From contig OY986949.1 in assembly GCA_963920595.1 (NCBI GenBank), positions 2,356,001-2,420,000 of the forward strand: a stretch of 64,000 nucleotides of DNA. The letters run 5' to 3'. The notes beneath the pieces were generated by a model. That model was not told the DNA's origin. It saw only the letters and a list, made by a program, of their open reading frames with translations, and made no database searches. The DNA comes from Eimeria praecox (Eukaryota). A program made the translations under genes and the position numbers. Each line of letters begins with the position of its first letter. Positions within the stretch are counted from its first letter, which is position 1. This document shows, one piece after another, positions 13,662 to 28,971 of this stretch.

Positions 13662-14259
13662 GGGCATGCGCCGCAGCAAGCGACATCAGCAGCAGACACA
13701 GCAGCGGCAGATGTCTTGCGGTACCATAGATTTGGCCCTCAGGTGTCTCTACCCTCAAGTGAGTGTACACTACATTGATCTGCAGCAGCAGCAGCAGCAG
13801 TTGCTGCTGCTGCAGGAGCCCGCTGTACACATGAGCCGCAGCCGCAGCAACAACACGGCGAGCCGTACAGGAGCTGCTGCTGCTGCTGCTGCAGCAGCAG
13901 CAGCAGCAGACAGTCTCTATGGGGAGACAGGAGACAGCTACATCTCTGAGGGACGGTGCTGCCATATCTCAGCAGCAATATCTGTTAATCCGCTGCCGCT
14001 GCTGCAGGAGCATTCGCGAATAGTAGCAGCAATGCGGGCTGACAACAACAGAATAGCAGCAGCAGCAGCAGCTGCTGCTGCTGCAGCAGCAGCAGCAGCA
14101 GCAGAGACAGATGCTGCTGCTGCAGCAGAAAACTCAGAGAGACAGCACGGATGCTCCAGGCAGCAGCCGTGTGCTGCAGCTGCTGCAGCACGACTGACTG
14201 CTTGGGCAGCAGCAGCAGAAGCAGCAGCCCACAGACCCCGCAGCAGCCGCCCCAAACTT

Positions 14260-14309
<50 letters not shown>

Positions 14310-14757
14310 GAGCCACTCCGGGCATTCGGATTTAACTAGAGGCCATACGACAACACGTTTATATACACAGCTGCGGGGTGTCTGCGGCTGCTGTTGCCGC
14401 GGTGCAGCACCAGCAGCGAAGGATACAGCTTCGACAGCAGCAGCAGCAGCTGCTGCAGCTGCTGCTGCTGCTGCTGCAGATCGGGCTGTGCTGCCATCGC
14501 TGCTGCTGCTGCCGCTTCCTGACGAGGACCCTGCTCTGTGTGCCCCCATAGAGCTGATCCAGCACGCCTACAGCAGCCACAGCAGCAGCGAGCTTCGCTC
14601 AGCTCTTTCAGGTGTACAGACAGCTCAGTTTGTCTTCTCAACTCCTCTTGCTGTTGCAGAAGCCCGACTAGAGATTGCTGCAGAGGCTGTTGCTGCTGCT
14701 CCTGCAGCAGACTGGAGACAGCAGCAAGGGCAGCAGCAAGTGCAGCAACCGCAACCG

Positions 14758-14798
<41 letters not shown>

Positions 14799-15170
14799 GC
14801 ACTTGCTGCTGGTAGACCTGGTTTGTCGTGTGGGGCCAGTATGTGGGTCTGTGGGGGCTCTTCATGTTGCTGGTTTGCTGTGGCATCTGCCCTTGGCTGC
14901 TGCTGCTTCTGGTGCTGCTGCTGCTGCTGCTGCTAATACAGCAAGACACCGCAGCAACAGAGGGGGAGAATACTGCAGCAGCAGCAAAAGCCCCGCACGC
15001 TACCTCCTCCCTGAGCAGCTTGCTTCAGCATGTCTGACGAGTAGCGACAGCGAGCATCCAGCTTCTCCTGTTGCTGCTGCTGCTGCTGCAGCAGCAGCAG
15101 CAGCAACAACAACCAAAGCCCCTACTACACCTCTTGCAGCAGCAGCAGGCCGCGCTATACAAGGGCCTAG

Positions 15171-15206
<36 letters not shown>

Positions 15207-15242
15207 GCGCAGCAGCAGCCAAGTGGACAATGACCCATCCAT

Positions 15243-15277
<35 letters not shown>

Positions 15278-15347
15278 CAGGAGGGCAGCAACATGATCCG
15301 CCAGCCCAAGGCGTGTGGGGCGATTCAAAGAACAACAACACCAACAA

Positions 15348-15401
<54 letters not shown>

Positions 15402-17009
15402 TTCAAGATCTGCTGCAGTGCCACAGCTCTTAAGACCTGTATTATGTATAAGAGAGGTTTGTTGTTTGCTTGTCTTGTCTCTGCCGCAGCTAGGCTGCAG
15501 CTGCCAGCTGCGGTGGGGCTGCTGCTTGTTTGCTGCTCCTTCAGAGAGTTTTTCTATGCTGCAGCAGCTGCTGCATCGTATGCTGCTGGCCTGCAATATA
15601 AGCAGGACAAGACCTACGCCAACACCTGCTGCTGCTGCTGCTCCTGCTGCTGCTACTCTTCATCCTAATACTGCTAACACTGCTGGAGCGACATATCCTG
15701 CTGCTGCTGCTGCTGCTGCTGGTCCACATCTGCATGCAGGAGACAGGCAGCAGCAGCAGCTAGCAGACGATTTGTCTGAAGCAAGCAGCAGAGTAGATGC
15801 GTATGAGGGTACAGCAGAAACAGCAGCAGCAGCAGCAGCAGCAGCAAGAGCAGCAGGTTCAGCAGCAGGAGCTGCTGCTGCTTCAGGAATGCAGGAAAAT
15901 ACGAATCTGTCAGGGGCCCCTCAGCAGCATGGACACCATCATCAGCAGCAGCATCAGCAGCAGCATCAGCAGCAGCAGCAGCAGCAGCAGCAGCACAGGC
16001 GTCTGCGGCCTTCTGCTGCTCGTAAGATGCTGCATGCATATTTAGAAGAAGAAGCAGCAGACACACAGCTAACTGCTGGTGGGGCTGGCACTGCTCTGCC
16101 GCGGCTGCAGCAGCTGCAGTCTACAGCAGCAACTGCAGCAGCAACTGCAGCAGCAACTGCAGCAGCAAATGCTGCACACACCGAGCAGCAGCAATTGCAA
16201 ACACCTGCCAAACAGCAACGCAGACAAATATCTATAGGAATCGTCGTTGAAGAAGTAACCCTAAACCCTAAACCCTAATAAACCCCCAAACCCTAAACCC
16301 TAAACCCTAATAAACCCCCAAACCCTAAACCCTAAACCCTAATAAACCCCCAAACCCTAAACCCTAAACCCTAGTCAACCCCCAAATCCTAAAACCTTAA
16401 CCGTAATAAACCCTAAACTCTAAACCCTAATAAACCCCCAAACCCTAAACCCTAAACCCTAATAACCCTTCAAACCCTAAACCCTAGGCCCTAAACCCTA
16501 AACCCTAATAAACCCCAAATCCTCCTGAATTCGGATTTGCATGATAGCTGCGACATGAGCACATCATAACAAACAATCCTGTGTTGCTGCTGCTGCTGCT
16601 GCTGCTTTTGCTGCTGTTGCTGTTGCTGCTGCTGCTGCTGCTTTGGCTGCTGTTGCTGCTGCTGCTGCTGCTTTTGCTGCTGCTGCTGCTGCTGCTGCTG
16701 CTTACAGATTTGCTGCTCGTTATTAAGCAGCACAACAAACCTCCCCTTCTGCTGCATCTGCTGCAGCGATGCAGCATGCAGCCTGCAGCTGCTGCTGCAG
16801 GATCAAAGAAATCTGCAGCTAGAAGTAGATTTAGCGGACTGGCGTGTATTAGATCTCTCCCCCAAACCAGCAGCAGCAGCAGCAGCTGCTGCTGCTGCTA
16901 CTGCTGCTGCTGCTGCTGCTGGCACAAGCAACGAAATACAGCAGCAACACAAACCACAACACCAACAAAGACGACTCGCCCCGTGGCACCGCAAAATGCC
17001 TGCAGCAGA

Positions 17010-17040
<31 letters not shown>

Positions 17041-17601
17041 CCCTCTGCTGCTGCTGCTGCTGCTGAACATTCATCAGAGCTTACTGCTGCTGCTGCTGCT
17101 GCTGCTGTACGTACACCGGAACCTGCTGCTGGGTTGCAGCCAATTCGCACTCCTTCTTGTTCTGAAGAAGCCTTAGGGACAGGAGCAGAAGCAGCAACAC
17201 CAACAGCAGCAGCAGCAGCAGCAGCAGGAGCCCTGCATGCAGCAGCAGCAACAGGTACAGCAACACGCCCTTCCTCAGCAGCAAGAACTCCCGGTAGAGT
17301 TCGGGCGAAGCTGCAGCAGCTGCTGCCAGCGATGAAGCAGCGTGCTGCTGCTGCAGCTGCTGCTCCAGCTGCACAGCTGCATCGCCTTGTCTCCCATGCA
17401 GCAGCAGCAGCAGCAGGACATAGAGCTGCTGCTGCAGGCAGCCGCACACCTGCTGCACCTGATTTCTATGAGGGTCGTGGGGAAGCAGAAGCTGCAGCAG
17501 AAGCAGCAGCAGCAGCAGCAGCAGGTGCTGCTGCTGCTGCTGCTGCTTCTCACCACGGAAAGTGGTCCTTGTTCGGACACCGTACGAGCAGCAAGTTTCT
17601 T

Positions 17602-17636
<35 letters not shown>

Positions 17637-17970
17637 AGAGGATGCATCAGGCGAACAGGGGGATCTAGCTTCCTACTCTGATGATGAGAACACGCTGCTG
17701 GGGTCTAGCTGCAGCAGCAGCAGCAGCAGCAGTAGCAGCAGCAGCAGCAGCGGCAGCAGCGCACCAAAGCTGCATGGAGGAGCAGCAGATGCAACAGCAG
17801 CAGCGGAGGCAGCAGCAGCAGCAGAGGCAGAAGCAGCAACGGCAGCAGCAGTAGCAGCAGCAGCAGCAGAAGCTGCTGATACAATCGTAGAAGAGGAGGC
17901 ATCGTTGCTGCTGAAGCTGAGAGAACAGTTTGCTGCTGATGTCTCCTCTGTAGCAGCAGATGAGGGATCT

Positions 17971-18001
<31 letters not shown>

Positions 18002-18256
18002 CAGCAGAAACAGAAACAGCAGAAGAAGCAGCAGCAGCCACTGCTTCACCCTCTCGGCGGAGCTCTGCAGCAGCAGGAGCAGCAGCAGCAGCAGCAGCAG
18101 CAGGGCTGTGGGGCGCCAGTACAGCTGTTGACTTCGAGGCCTTTCCCTTCGCAGCTGTGGGGAGAGAAGCAGCAGCAGCAGCAAAACAGGAGCTGCTGCT
18201 GGGGCTGCAGCAAGAGCAGCGGCGGCGCACACAGCAGCGGCAAGAGGAGGAAGCGA

Positions 18257-18296
<40 letters not shown>

Positions 18297-18362
18297 ACAA
18301 CAGCAACAGGAGCAACAGCAACAACAGCAACAGCAGCAGCAGGAAGCTGAGGAAGAAGAGCT

Positions 18363-18397
<35 letters not shown>

Positions 18398-18566
18398 GAC
18401 GACGTCAGCAGCTATCTGAGCCTGCATTCTCTGTCTCCTACTTTTTGGGTGTTGTGCTTCCCCCGGGACTAAAAGCACTACGTATCATATCTCCTCTATT
18501 CGAGCTGCAGACACAGCAGCAGCAGCAGCAGCAGCAGGAGCAGCAGCAGGAACAGCAGCAGGAAGA

Positions 18567-18602
<36 letters not shown>

Positions 18603-18712
18603 TACAGACCCTTGGAGACAGAAAGAAACAAACACTCACAGACTCTCAGCACACGCGGTGTCTCTTCGATGCAGCCACAGATTTGTTGTCCTTGATTGCG
18701 GCCGCTTCCAGG

Positions 18713-18771
<59 letters not shown>

Positions 18772-18861
18772 CTGCTGCTGCCGCTGCTGTGGGGGACGCT
18801 GCCTTTCTCTTGTGGGATACGCTCGCTGGCGCGTGGCTACCTGTCATATTCTGCGCTTCGT

Positions 18862-18953
<92 letters not shown>

Positions 18954-18954
18954 T

Positions 18955-18992
<38 letters not shown>

Positions 18993-19305
18993 TTGCTGCT
19001 GCTTGTGTTCAGGTGTTTGACTATTTGCTGCTGCACATCGATCCAGTTCGTGTGTCTCTGACATCATCATTCGTGGAGTGTATATACAGCTTCTTCTTTC
19101 CTCCTGCTGCTCCTCAAGCTGTAGATGCTGTAGCTCTGCTCGCACCCTCCTTCAAATACCCTGCTGCTGCTGCCGCTGCTGCTGCTGCTGCTGGCAGCTT
19201 CTGCAGCCAGAGCTCAGGAGAGCTAGCGTCACCAGCCGAGGCAGCAGCAGCAGCTGCTGCTGCAGCAGCTTCTACTGATGCTGCAGCCCTGCGTAGGGGC
19301 CAGGG

Positions 19306-19339
<34 letters not shown>

Positions 19340-19436
19340 CGATCAGAGCCGCCTCATCTATCTTGTAGGTTTCTCTTTCATATAATGGAGCTGCCGTGGT
19401 GTCTGTACACCTTATGCACCTGCTCCCTTATGCTGC

Positions 19437-19468
<32 letters not shown>

Positions 19469-20946
19469 TGATGTGTGCGGCTTCAGGGACTGGCTCGCGC
19501 AGCAGCAGCTTGTTAGGAAACCCAGCAGCAGCACATAGAGCAGCAGCAGCAGCAGCAGCAGCAGAAGCTGCACGACGGCAGCCCTCGAAGCCGCAGCAGC
19601 AGCAGCAGCAGCAGCCGCTGCTACCACCGCAGCAGCAGCTGCAGCAGCAGCAGCAGCAGCAGCAGGACCCTGGCCTTGGAGTGTACTTCCGCTTCGTTCG
19701 AGTGTCGCCTTTTGCTGCTGTTGTAACGTACAGAGGTTTGTGCTGCTGCGGGGATAGGGTCTTCCTGTGTCTGCTGCACACGGGGGTTTAGGGTTTAGGG
19801 TTTAGGGTTTAGGGTTTAGGGTTTGAGGGCAGACGGTTGAGGAGTAGGTAGGGGTTAGAGCTTCAGCACCTGAGGGTTTGGGGTTTTGGGGTTTGTAGCT
19901 GACAGCACAGGCTCGCACACCCTAGGGTTTAGGATCTAGGGTTTAGGGTTTAGGGTTTAGGGTTTAGGGTTTAGGGTTTAGGGTTTGGTGGGGGTTTCAG
20001 GGGCTATTCGACTAGACAACGTGTTAGTGGAGTTGAGAGCTTTCGAGGTGCAGCACAAACTCAAACCCTTCAAAACCCTCATCGATAAATATATTTGGTT
20101 CCTAGGCAAACAGGTAAACCCTAGATAACCCTAAACCCTAGCTAACCCTAAACCCTAGCTAACCCTAAACCCTAGCTAACCCTGAACCCTAGCAGACTCT
20201 AAACCCTAGCTAACCCTATACCCTAGCCAACCCTAAACCATAGCTAATCCTAAACCCTAGCTAACCCTAAACCCTAGCTAACCCTAAACCATAGCTAATC
20301 CTAAACCCTAGCTAACCCTAAACCCTAGCTATCCCTAACAAACCATAAACCTTAGCAAACCCTAAACCCTAAACCCTAACAAGCCCTAAACCGTTACAAA
20401 CCTTAAACCCTAGCAAACCCTAGACCCTAGCTAACCCTAAACCCTAGCTAACCCTAACAAACCATAAACCCTACCAAAACCCTAACCCCTAACAAACCCT
20501 AAACCGCTACAAACTTTAAACCCTAGCATACCCTAAACCCTAGCAAAGCCGAAACTCTTACAAACCCTAAACCCTAGCAAAGGCTAAACCCTAACAACCC
20601 CTAGACTCTTTCAAACCCTAAACCCTAGCAAACCCAAACCCTAAAGCCTTGCAAGCTCTAAACCCTAAACTCTCACTACTTATATACATTAGGGTTTAGG
20701 GTTTACCGCTACGGACGACAGAAACCCTCGGATGCTGCGCGATTAACTCTTCCCAAACCCTAAACCCTAAACCCTAAACCCTAAGCACATAAACCCTAAA
20801 CCCTAAACCCTAAGCACTTAAACCCTAAACCCTAAACCCTTCGACAATCTATGGCAGCCTTATGTATTGAGGTGTATAATAGACGCACTGCATTGCTGCT
20901 GGGTTTGCTGTTTCTGTGTCCTCTATGGTTGCTGCTGCTGCTGCTA

Positions 20947-20978
<32 letters not shown>

Positions 20979-21117
20979 GCTGCTGCTGCTGCTGCTGCAG
21001 GCAACGGGCCGCGTGATCAGCCACAAGTTGCTGCTGCTGCTGAAGAGGAAGCGACAACATGCAGGCGACAGCTTCTCCGATTTAAAGAAGAGGGATTTAT
21101 TGTTTGGTTCTCGCTAG
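13154..21117 (+). CDS. BLTP2/Hobbit/FMP27-like protein (copy 2, 5'-partial at the gap). Exons <13154-16254, 16708-18711, 19013-19364, 19487-19735, 20001-20113, 21001-21117
   Basis: A 3.1-kb open frame runs from the gap to GAA|GTAACC, then joins in phase 0 to ICCSLLS...LQLEVDLADWRVLDLSP. The 3' exons match copy 1. Extra introns inside the first long exon cannot be excluded. Confidence 0.7.
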
Positions 21118-21129
21118 ATCAAATAACCT

Positions 21130-21169
<40 letters not shown>

Positions 21170-21224
21170 GACTTGCTGCTGCTGCTGATGCCTTCGCAGC
21201 GTGTAGCAACTGCAGCAGCAGCAA

Positions 21225-21259
<35 letters not shown>

Positions 21260-21715
21260 CTATTTTGACACTGTCGCTGAATATTCAAATGTAGAGAGAA
21301 ACTGTGCACTGCTGTTGCTGCTGCTGCTGCTGCAGCAGCAGCAGCATCACTTGCTGCTGCAGCAGCAGCAGCAGCAGCAACAGCGGAGACCAAACTGTTG
21401 TTTGCCATTGGCGATGAGTTTTATTCAGGTGTACAGACAGCACTTACTGCTGCTGCCTCAGTGCAGTGCTGCAGCAGCACGCAAAAGACGCTGCTGCTGC
21501 TACACCTGCTGCTGCTGCTGCTGCTGCTGCCATTGGAGCAAGTACCTCCACATATAGGTATATATATAGGCAGTCTAGCCCTTCATAACAGCAGCAGCAA
21601 CAGCAGCAGCAGCAGCTGCTGCAGCAGCAGCAGCAGCTGCTGCTGCTGCATACATTGATCCGAGTCGAACACCTGGCCCGGCAGCCTAGCAGCAACCGCA
21701 GCAGCAGCAGCAACC

Positions 21716-21752
<37 letters not shown>

Positions 21753-22043
21753 GCTAACAGCGCTCGAATACCCTGTAGAGGGCCTTTAGATTAGTGAGCT
21801 CTTTCACTGTCCCGTCAGAAAAGAAACTGAGTACAAACAACAACACAGTCGATGCAGCACAGCTGCAGCAGCAGCAGCAGACAGCAGCAGCAGCAGACAG
21901 CAGCAGCAGATAGCAGCAGCAACAGACAGCAGGTCAAAGCAGCACGAGCCAACAACATCCGTAGCAGCAACACATCATCAGCAGCAGCAGCAAACAGCAT
22001 CCGTAGCACCGGCAGACAGCAGCCGCAGCACAACCACCACCAC

Positions 22044-22097
<54 letters not shown>

Positions 22098-22724
22098 ATA
22101 CCGTCTAGGTATGCGGGCCTTCCAATAGAAACGCAGTGCAGGCATCAAGACACAGCTAAACATCCTGCGTGTCTCCGTACTTGCGGCCATATGCTCCTCT
22201 AAATCTCCAGACAGCCTGCAGCAGCAGCAGCAGCAACAGCAACAGCAGCAGCAGCAACAGCAGCAGCAGCAACAGCAGCAGCAGCAACAGCAGCAGCAGC
22301 AGATGGAGTAGGTGGAGTAGATGGAGTAGCTGGAGCAGTAGCAGCAGCAGAGAGAACGGAGAGCCCAAGCTGCTGCTGCTGTCTTGTTGCTGCAGCAGCA
22401 GCAGCAGCAGCAACAAGACAGCAGCAGCAGCAGCAGCAGCAGCAAACAGCTACACAGCAGCAGCAACATAAACTTACGTATGTGCGGCTGCCTCTTCGCG
22501 CAGCAATATCTTCTGCTGCTGCAGCAGAAGAGAACTGCTGCTGCTGTCTCCTTGTGTCTGCTGCTGCTGCGAGGCAGCCGCTGCAGGAGCAGCCGAAGCT
22601 GCTGCTGCTGCAGCAGCAGCAGCAGCAGCTGCTGCTGCAGCCTCATCCTCGACTGTGGTGTATGCATCCGCCAGCAGCAGAGCGATGCCTTGAAGACACG
22701 GAGACTCCTGAGTCCAATCTACCT

Positions 22725-22774
<50 letters not shown>

Positions 22775-22882
22775 AGCAATAGCAGGATCAGTAATAACAG
22801 CAGTAGCAGCAATAGCAGCAGCAATAGCAGCAGCAATAGCAGCAGCAAAGCAAGCAGCCATCGCTTCTTGCTGGAGGCCAAA

Positions 22883-22936
<54 letters not shown>

Positions 22937-23068
22937 AGCAGCAGCAGCAGCAGCAGACCTCGGTAGCGAGCTGCAGCAGCAACTGCCGGAGACGCAAAGG
23001 AGAAGGGAGGTGACGACCGCAGCACAAAGGAAGCCCTAGGAGACATCTGTCTCCTTTATTACTATTAC

Positions 23069-23119
<51 letters not shown>

Positions 23120-23169
23120 TATCATTATTATTATTATTATTATCATTATTATTATTATTATTATTATTA

Positions 23170-23225
<56 letters not shown>

Positions 23226-23387
23226 ACTGTCTCCTTTATTATTATTGCTGTCTCCTTTTATAACAACACCAAAATAATCTGCTAGTAGCGCTCGTCGTTC
23301 TAACAGTTTGTAGCTAAGTGCACGAGCTTCCTGCTGCAGCTGCTGCTGCTGCTGCTGCTGCTGCTGTGGGTCCACCTGCTGCTCCTG

Positions 23388-23433
<46 letters not shown>

Positions 23434-23882
23434 AGTGCAGCAAGAAGGGCTGCTTCTAAGTAGAGAGGAGTTCGTAGGCGTATAACAGGCAGTCTCCCCA
23501 ATCTATGGAGGATAGATTGATATACACACTCTGAACACATACTAAACCCTAAACCCTAAACCCTAAACCCTAAACCCTAAACCCTAAACCCTAAACCCTA
23601 AACCCTAAACCCTAAACCCTAAACCCTTTGGGTTTGCTCTGCAGCATGAGTGAAGCTCTCAAACAAAGTGTAGGATAGAAGATAATGTGTGCACTCCTTC
23701 ATCACATATTACGGATACTTAGGGTTTAGGGTTTAGGGTTTAGGGTTTAGGGTTTAGACCTCTAGCTACAGCAGGTAGATCAACAAGAAGGAGAGATTCT
23801 CCTCTCTGCAGCAGCGCCAGTCTTTCATTAACAGCTCCAACATAAGAACATCCCTGTAACGCAGTTGTGCTGTCTCTGCTGC

Positions 23883-23917
<35 letters not shown>

Positions 23918-24009
23918 TTGGTGCCGTTGACTACTGACTCATCTGCTGCAGCTTCTGCGCAGCGCTGCAGCAGCTGCCGCACGCTTCGAAGCCTTCCCGC
24001 GTCCGTCCG

Positions 24010-24048
<39 letters not shown>

Positions 24049-24258
24049 TGGAGCAACCCTCTCGAGGATGTGGCCCCCCTGTGCCCTCTCATCGAAAAGA
24101 TGCAGCAAGGGCTGCTGCTGGCTGCTGCATGGTATTGCTGCTGCTGCTGCTGCTGCTGCTGTGGGGTCCTGCTGCTGCTGTTGCTGCTGCTGCTGCTCGT
24201 GCTGCAGCTCTGATGCAGTTGCAGCAGCCACTCCGTCTAACGGCTGGTCCTCGTCTAT

Positions 24259-24306
<48 letters not shown>

Positions 24307-24527
24307 CATCTCCTGAAGACTCTCCTGTGACGCTGCTGCAGTCGAGATGTCGCTAGTGCTGGTGTATGCAAACTGCTGCTGCTGCTGCTGCTGCTGCGAT
24401 TGCTGCTGCTGCTGCTGCTGCTGCTGCGACTGCTGCTGCGAATAAAGATTGTGCTGCCAGTACGCACTGAGCGGTAGCTGCCGCGCGTCTGTTCTCGTTC
24501 GGGTAGGCTTCAAAGCTGGTTTGCTGC

Positions 24528-24559
<32 letters not shown>

Positions 24560-25004
24560 GTGCTGCTGCTGCTGTTGCTCTTGTTGCTGCTGCTGCTGCG
24601 TTCGTTTGCACGGGTCTCCTTCTTCTCCTGCTGCTGCACAGCTCCGTCTGCAGACAGCAGCACGAGATGCTGCTGCTTCAGCTGCGGCTCTAGAGGGTTT
24701 GTCTGTGGCACCAGCAGACCCTTCGATGATGTGTGGCTGCTCAGAATCTCCTGCAGCAGCAGCAGCAGCAGCAGCGGCAGCAGCAACAAGGAGGGGCTTG
24801 AGCAATACCGCAACCAAAGATTAATAAAAATGACAGGATATGCCACAAGAAAGCAGCAGCAGCAGCAACCGGAACAGCAACAACAACAGCAACAGCAGCA
24901 ACAACAACAGCAGCAGCACCACCAACAGCAGCTGCTGCAGCAACAGCACCAAGTACAACAACAACAACAGCAGCAGCAGCACCACCACCACCACCAACAG
25001 CAGC

Positions 25005-25035
<31 letters not shown>

Positions 25036-25275
25036 CCACCACCAACAGCAGCAGCAATAGCAGCAGCAACAGCAGCAGCAGCAACAGCAGCAGCAGACCA
25101 TAAGAGCTTGTCCGATCTGCTGCGCTATCAGGTCTTCATGAAGGAAGCAAACTTGGGTTTTGCTGGGGTGTACGTTCACATCAACAGCAGCAGCAGGAAG
25201 CTCTAAAGATAGATAAACCCAAGGACGTTGGCCTCGAGGCATTAGCTGCGCATACACCGCCTCCACGTTACGCCT

Positions 25276-25323
<48 letters not shown>

Positions 25324-25425
25324 GAGGCAGCAGAAGCAGCAGCAGCAGCAGAAATTGCAGAAGCAGAAGCAGATGAATAGGAGACATACAGCAATTGTTA
25401 TTGCTGCGGCAGAGACAGAACCACA

Positions 25426-25459
<34 letters not shown>

Positions 25460-25960
25460 GACCAAGGCAGCACCGTCAGCAGCAGCAGCAAGACCAAGGC
25501 AGCACCGTCAGCAGCAGCAGAACAGTCTGCATCAACAGCAGCCGCAGAATTGGCAGCAGCAGTAGCAGCAGCACAACTGGCAGCAGCAGCAGCACAAATA
25601 GAAGCAGCAGCAGCAGCAGCAGCAGCAACGCCAGCAGCGCGGCTAACAGCAGCAGCAGCACGACTAGCACCGGCAGCAGCAGCCAGCATAACTAGCAGCA
25701 GCAGCAGCATAACTAGCAGCAGCAGCAGCACACCTAGCAGCAGCAGCACAACTAGCAGCAGCAGCAGCACAACTAGCCGCAGCAGCAGCACAACTAGCAG
25801 CAGCAGCCAGCATAACTAGCAGCAGCAGCAGCATACCTAGCAGCAGCAGCAGCACACCTCGCAGCAACAGCAGCACACCTCGCAGCAGCATCACAACTAG
25901 CAGCAGCAGCAGCAGCGAACTAGCATCAACAGCTCCACAACTAGCAGCAGCATCAGGGCT

Positions 25961-25991
<31 letters not shown>

Positions 25992-26317
25992 GCAGCAGCA
26001 GCAGCAGCAGCAGGATAAGTATGTGTCTCTAACTTAAGTGCGGGGCATTCAACAAGCCTTGAATTAATAAAGAAGCAGAAGCAAGCATTCTTCTGTCCTC
26101 TGTTTGCTGCTGAAGCCAAACCCCACACTCTCCACTCTCCTTCTTTTAGGTCCTGTAGATACACCTCAGCAGGTGTACAGGGCGTCACAGCAGCAGCAGC
26201 AGCAGCAGCAGCACATGTGCTGCTGCAGCTATTATGCTCAGCAGATAACAAAGACACCAACTCCTTCAACAAAGGACACACACTCTCGCTACTGCTGCTG
26301 CTGCTGTTGCTGCTGCT

Positions 26318-26354
<37 letters not shown>

Positions 26355-26749
26355 TCGTTTCGTTGGAGGGCTTCACTGCCGTCAGCTTCTCGCTGGTCCT
26401 GCTGCTGCAGCATCTCCTGCTGCTGCTGCTGCTGCTGCTGTTGCTGCTGCTGTTGCTGCTGCTGTTGCTGATTTCGTATGAAGCTAATAGCAGAAGCAGG
26501 GAGAGTAGACTTCAGGTGTATAGGCAGCAGTGTTGCTGCTACAGCAGCACCGTTAGTTCTCTCAACTACCCTCCTAGCTCCCCCCTGCAGCAACGCTATT
26601 CCCCGCAGCAGCCGCAGCTCTGCTGCTGTTGGTAGCCGTACTTCTTCATCTGTCGGACAGCAGCAGCTGCAGCTCATGTCTTCGTTGCTGCTGCTGCTGC
26701 TGCTGCTGGTGCTGTTGTTAAGGTCTGTTTGCTGCTGGTCTCCTTGGTC

Positions 26750-26785
<36 letters not shown>

Positions 26786-26861
26786 GCGTCTGCGTTGTCT
26801 CCGCAGCTGCAGCAATAGCTGCTTTGCTTCTGTGAGCCCGAAGCACTGAGTATTAAGGTCT

Positions 26862-26896
<35 letters not shown>

Positions 26897-26993
26897 CTTG
26901 ACAGTAAATGCAACGTGGGGATTATCTATGGCGTAGCGAGAAACAACTTGAAGACATCGCATATATTCTTCTGCTGCAGCTGCTGCAGAAGGT

Positions 26994-27036
<43 letters not shown>

Positions 27037-27610
27037 TATTTTTTGTTGCTGCAGAAGATAAGAAGAAGCTTCTCCGTGTCTTCAAACAATAAAACATATC
27101 TGTTGATTTGATGCATGTTCCCGCCATTCTAGAAATAGGTTTAGGTTCTTCTGTTAATACACCTGAGGTGTACGTACACTGTAAACCATATCTATCTCCT
27201 CTTTGTTTTGTAGTTAAATGTATACGAGACACAGCAGCAAGAGCAGCAAGTGCTTCCCCTCTAAATCCAAAAGAATGAAGCTGCTGCAGCTGCTGCAGCT
27301 GCTGCAGCTTACTTGTACAATGTCTAGCACACAGCAACACTAAATCTCCTGCTGCTATGCCGCTGCCATTATCAGATACCTGCAGCAGCTTTAAACCTCC
27401 CGCCCCACACTGTACATACACCCGAAGAGCAGCAGCATCTAAACTGTTTTCTATTAACTCTTTCACTGCTGCAGCAGGACGAGTTACTACTTCTCCTGCA
27501 GCAATACGACGAACGACTTCGTCAGGAAGCAAACGAATTCGACCCCGACCTGTTGCTGCTGCTGCTGCTGCTGCTGTTGCTGCTGCTCGCGGTGGACGTA
27601 AGATGGGAAG

Positions 27611-27643
<33 letters not shown>

Positions 27644-27705
27644 AAAGGGGTTTCCTGCAAGGGCAGAATTGCTGCTGCATGTTTCTGCTGTTGTCTTCTC
27701 GTCTT

Positions 27706-27741
<36 letters not shown>

Positions 27742-27883
27742 CTGCTGTTGCTGCTGCTGCTGCTGTTGCTGCTTCGTTCAATTCTGCTGCTGCTGCCGAA
27801 GGAGGCTGTGTTGCTGCTGCTGCTGGTGCTGCAGCCAAATCCGCAATCTCATCGGGATCCCACATAACGCCACACGCTGCTGC

Positions 27884-27935
<52 letters not shown>

Positions 27936-28175
27936 ACTGCTGCTACTGCTGCTGCTGCTGCTGCTGCTGAGGCATGGACTGTGTTTAAGCTCCTGTCAGC
28001 GCTTGCTGCAGGTAGGCGCCTTCGATGCAGTTGTTATTGCTCTTGCTGCTGCTGCTGCTGCTGCTGCTGTTGTTGATGTTGTTGGTGCTGCTGCTGTTGT
28101 TGTTGTGTCGGTAGCTGCTGCTGCTTCTGTGGATGCAGGTTTTGCTGTCTGCATTTGTTGCGGCTGCTGCTGTTG

Positions 28176-28206
<31 letters not shown>

Positions 28207-28393
28207 TGGTGGTGGACGGCCGACACCACCGTGCTGCTGCTGCTACTGCTGCTGCTGCTGCTGCTGCTACGTAAGGATAGATAATTATATTTAATTTATT
28301 ATATTTTTGCTGCTTATAAATTCTTCTCATTAAGATGTCTAAGAAAATTAAAGGTGGGGTTGTTGTTACACCCTCTGGGGCTGGCGATCCTCC

Positions 28394-28432
<39 letters not shown>

Positions 28433-28553
28433 TGCGGCTGCTGCTGCGCTGCAGTGTGCATGCGAGATAAATATAAACAGCAGCAGAAAGAAATATCTGT
28501 TTATAAAAGCCAAGAAGCTACTACTCTCTACTTACGCTGTTCGCTGCTGCTGC

Positions 28554-28587
<34 letters not shown>

Positions 28588-28790
28588 GCAGAAGGGGGCC
28601 CCCAGATCGGCTATAGGTACGCTGCTGCTGCTGTTGCTGCTGCTGCTGCAGCAGCAGCATTGAGCTGCTGTCTGCTATATATATCTGCAGAAACCGCAGC
28701 ATCAACATTGCCAACAGAAGAAGCAGCTGCTGCTGCTGCAGCAGCAGCAGCAACAGCAACGACACTAGCTGCAGCCGAAAGAGCCTGGAG

Positions 28791-28822
<32 letters not shown>

Positions 28823-28939
28823 CTACAGCAGCAGCAGCAGCATCACCACCATCATCCTCAACATTCTCGGAAACAACACGAGCAACAACAACACCACCAC
28901 CACCAGCAACACCACCACCACCACCACCACCACCAACAG

Positions 28940-28971
<32 letters not shown>

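Noticed and set aside
12820..16278. 1152-aa ORF as a single protein
   Set aside because: It crosses the N gap; the part before the gap is CHCH intron sequence and the part after is a BLTP2-like exon.
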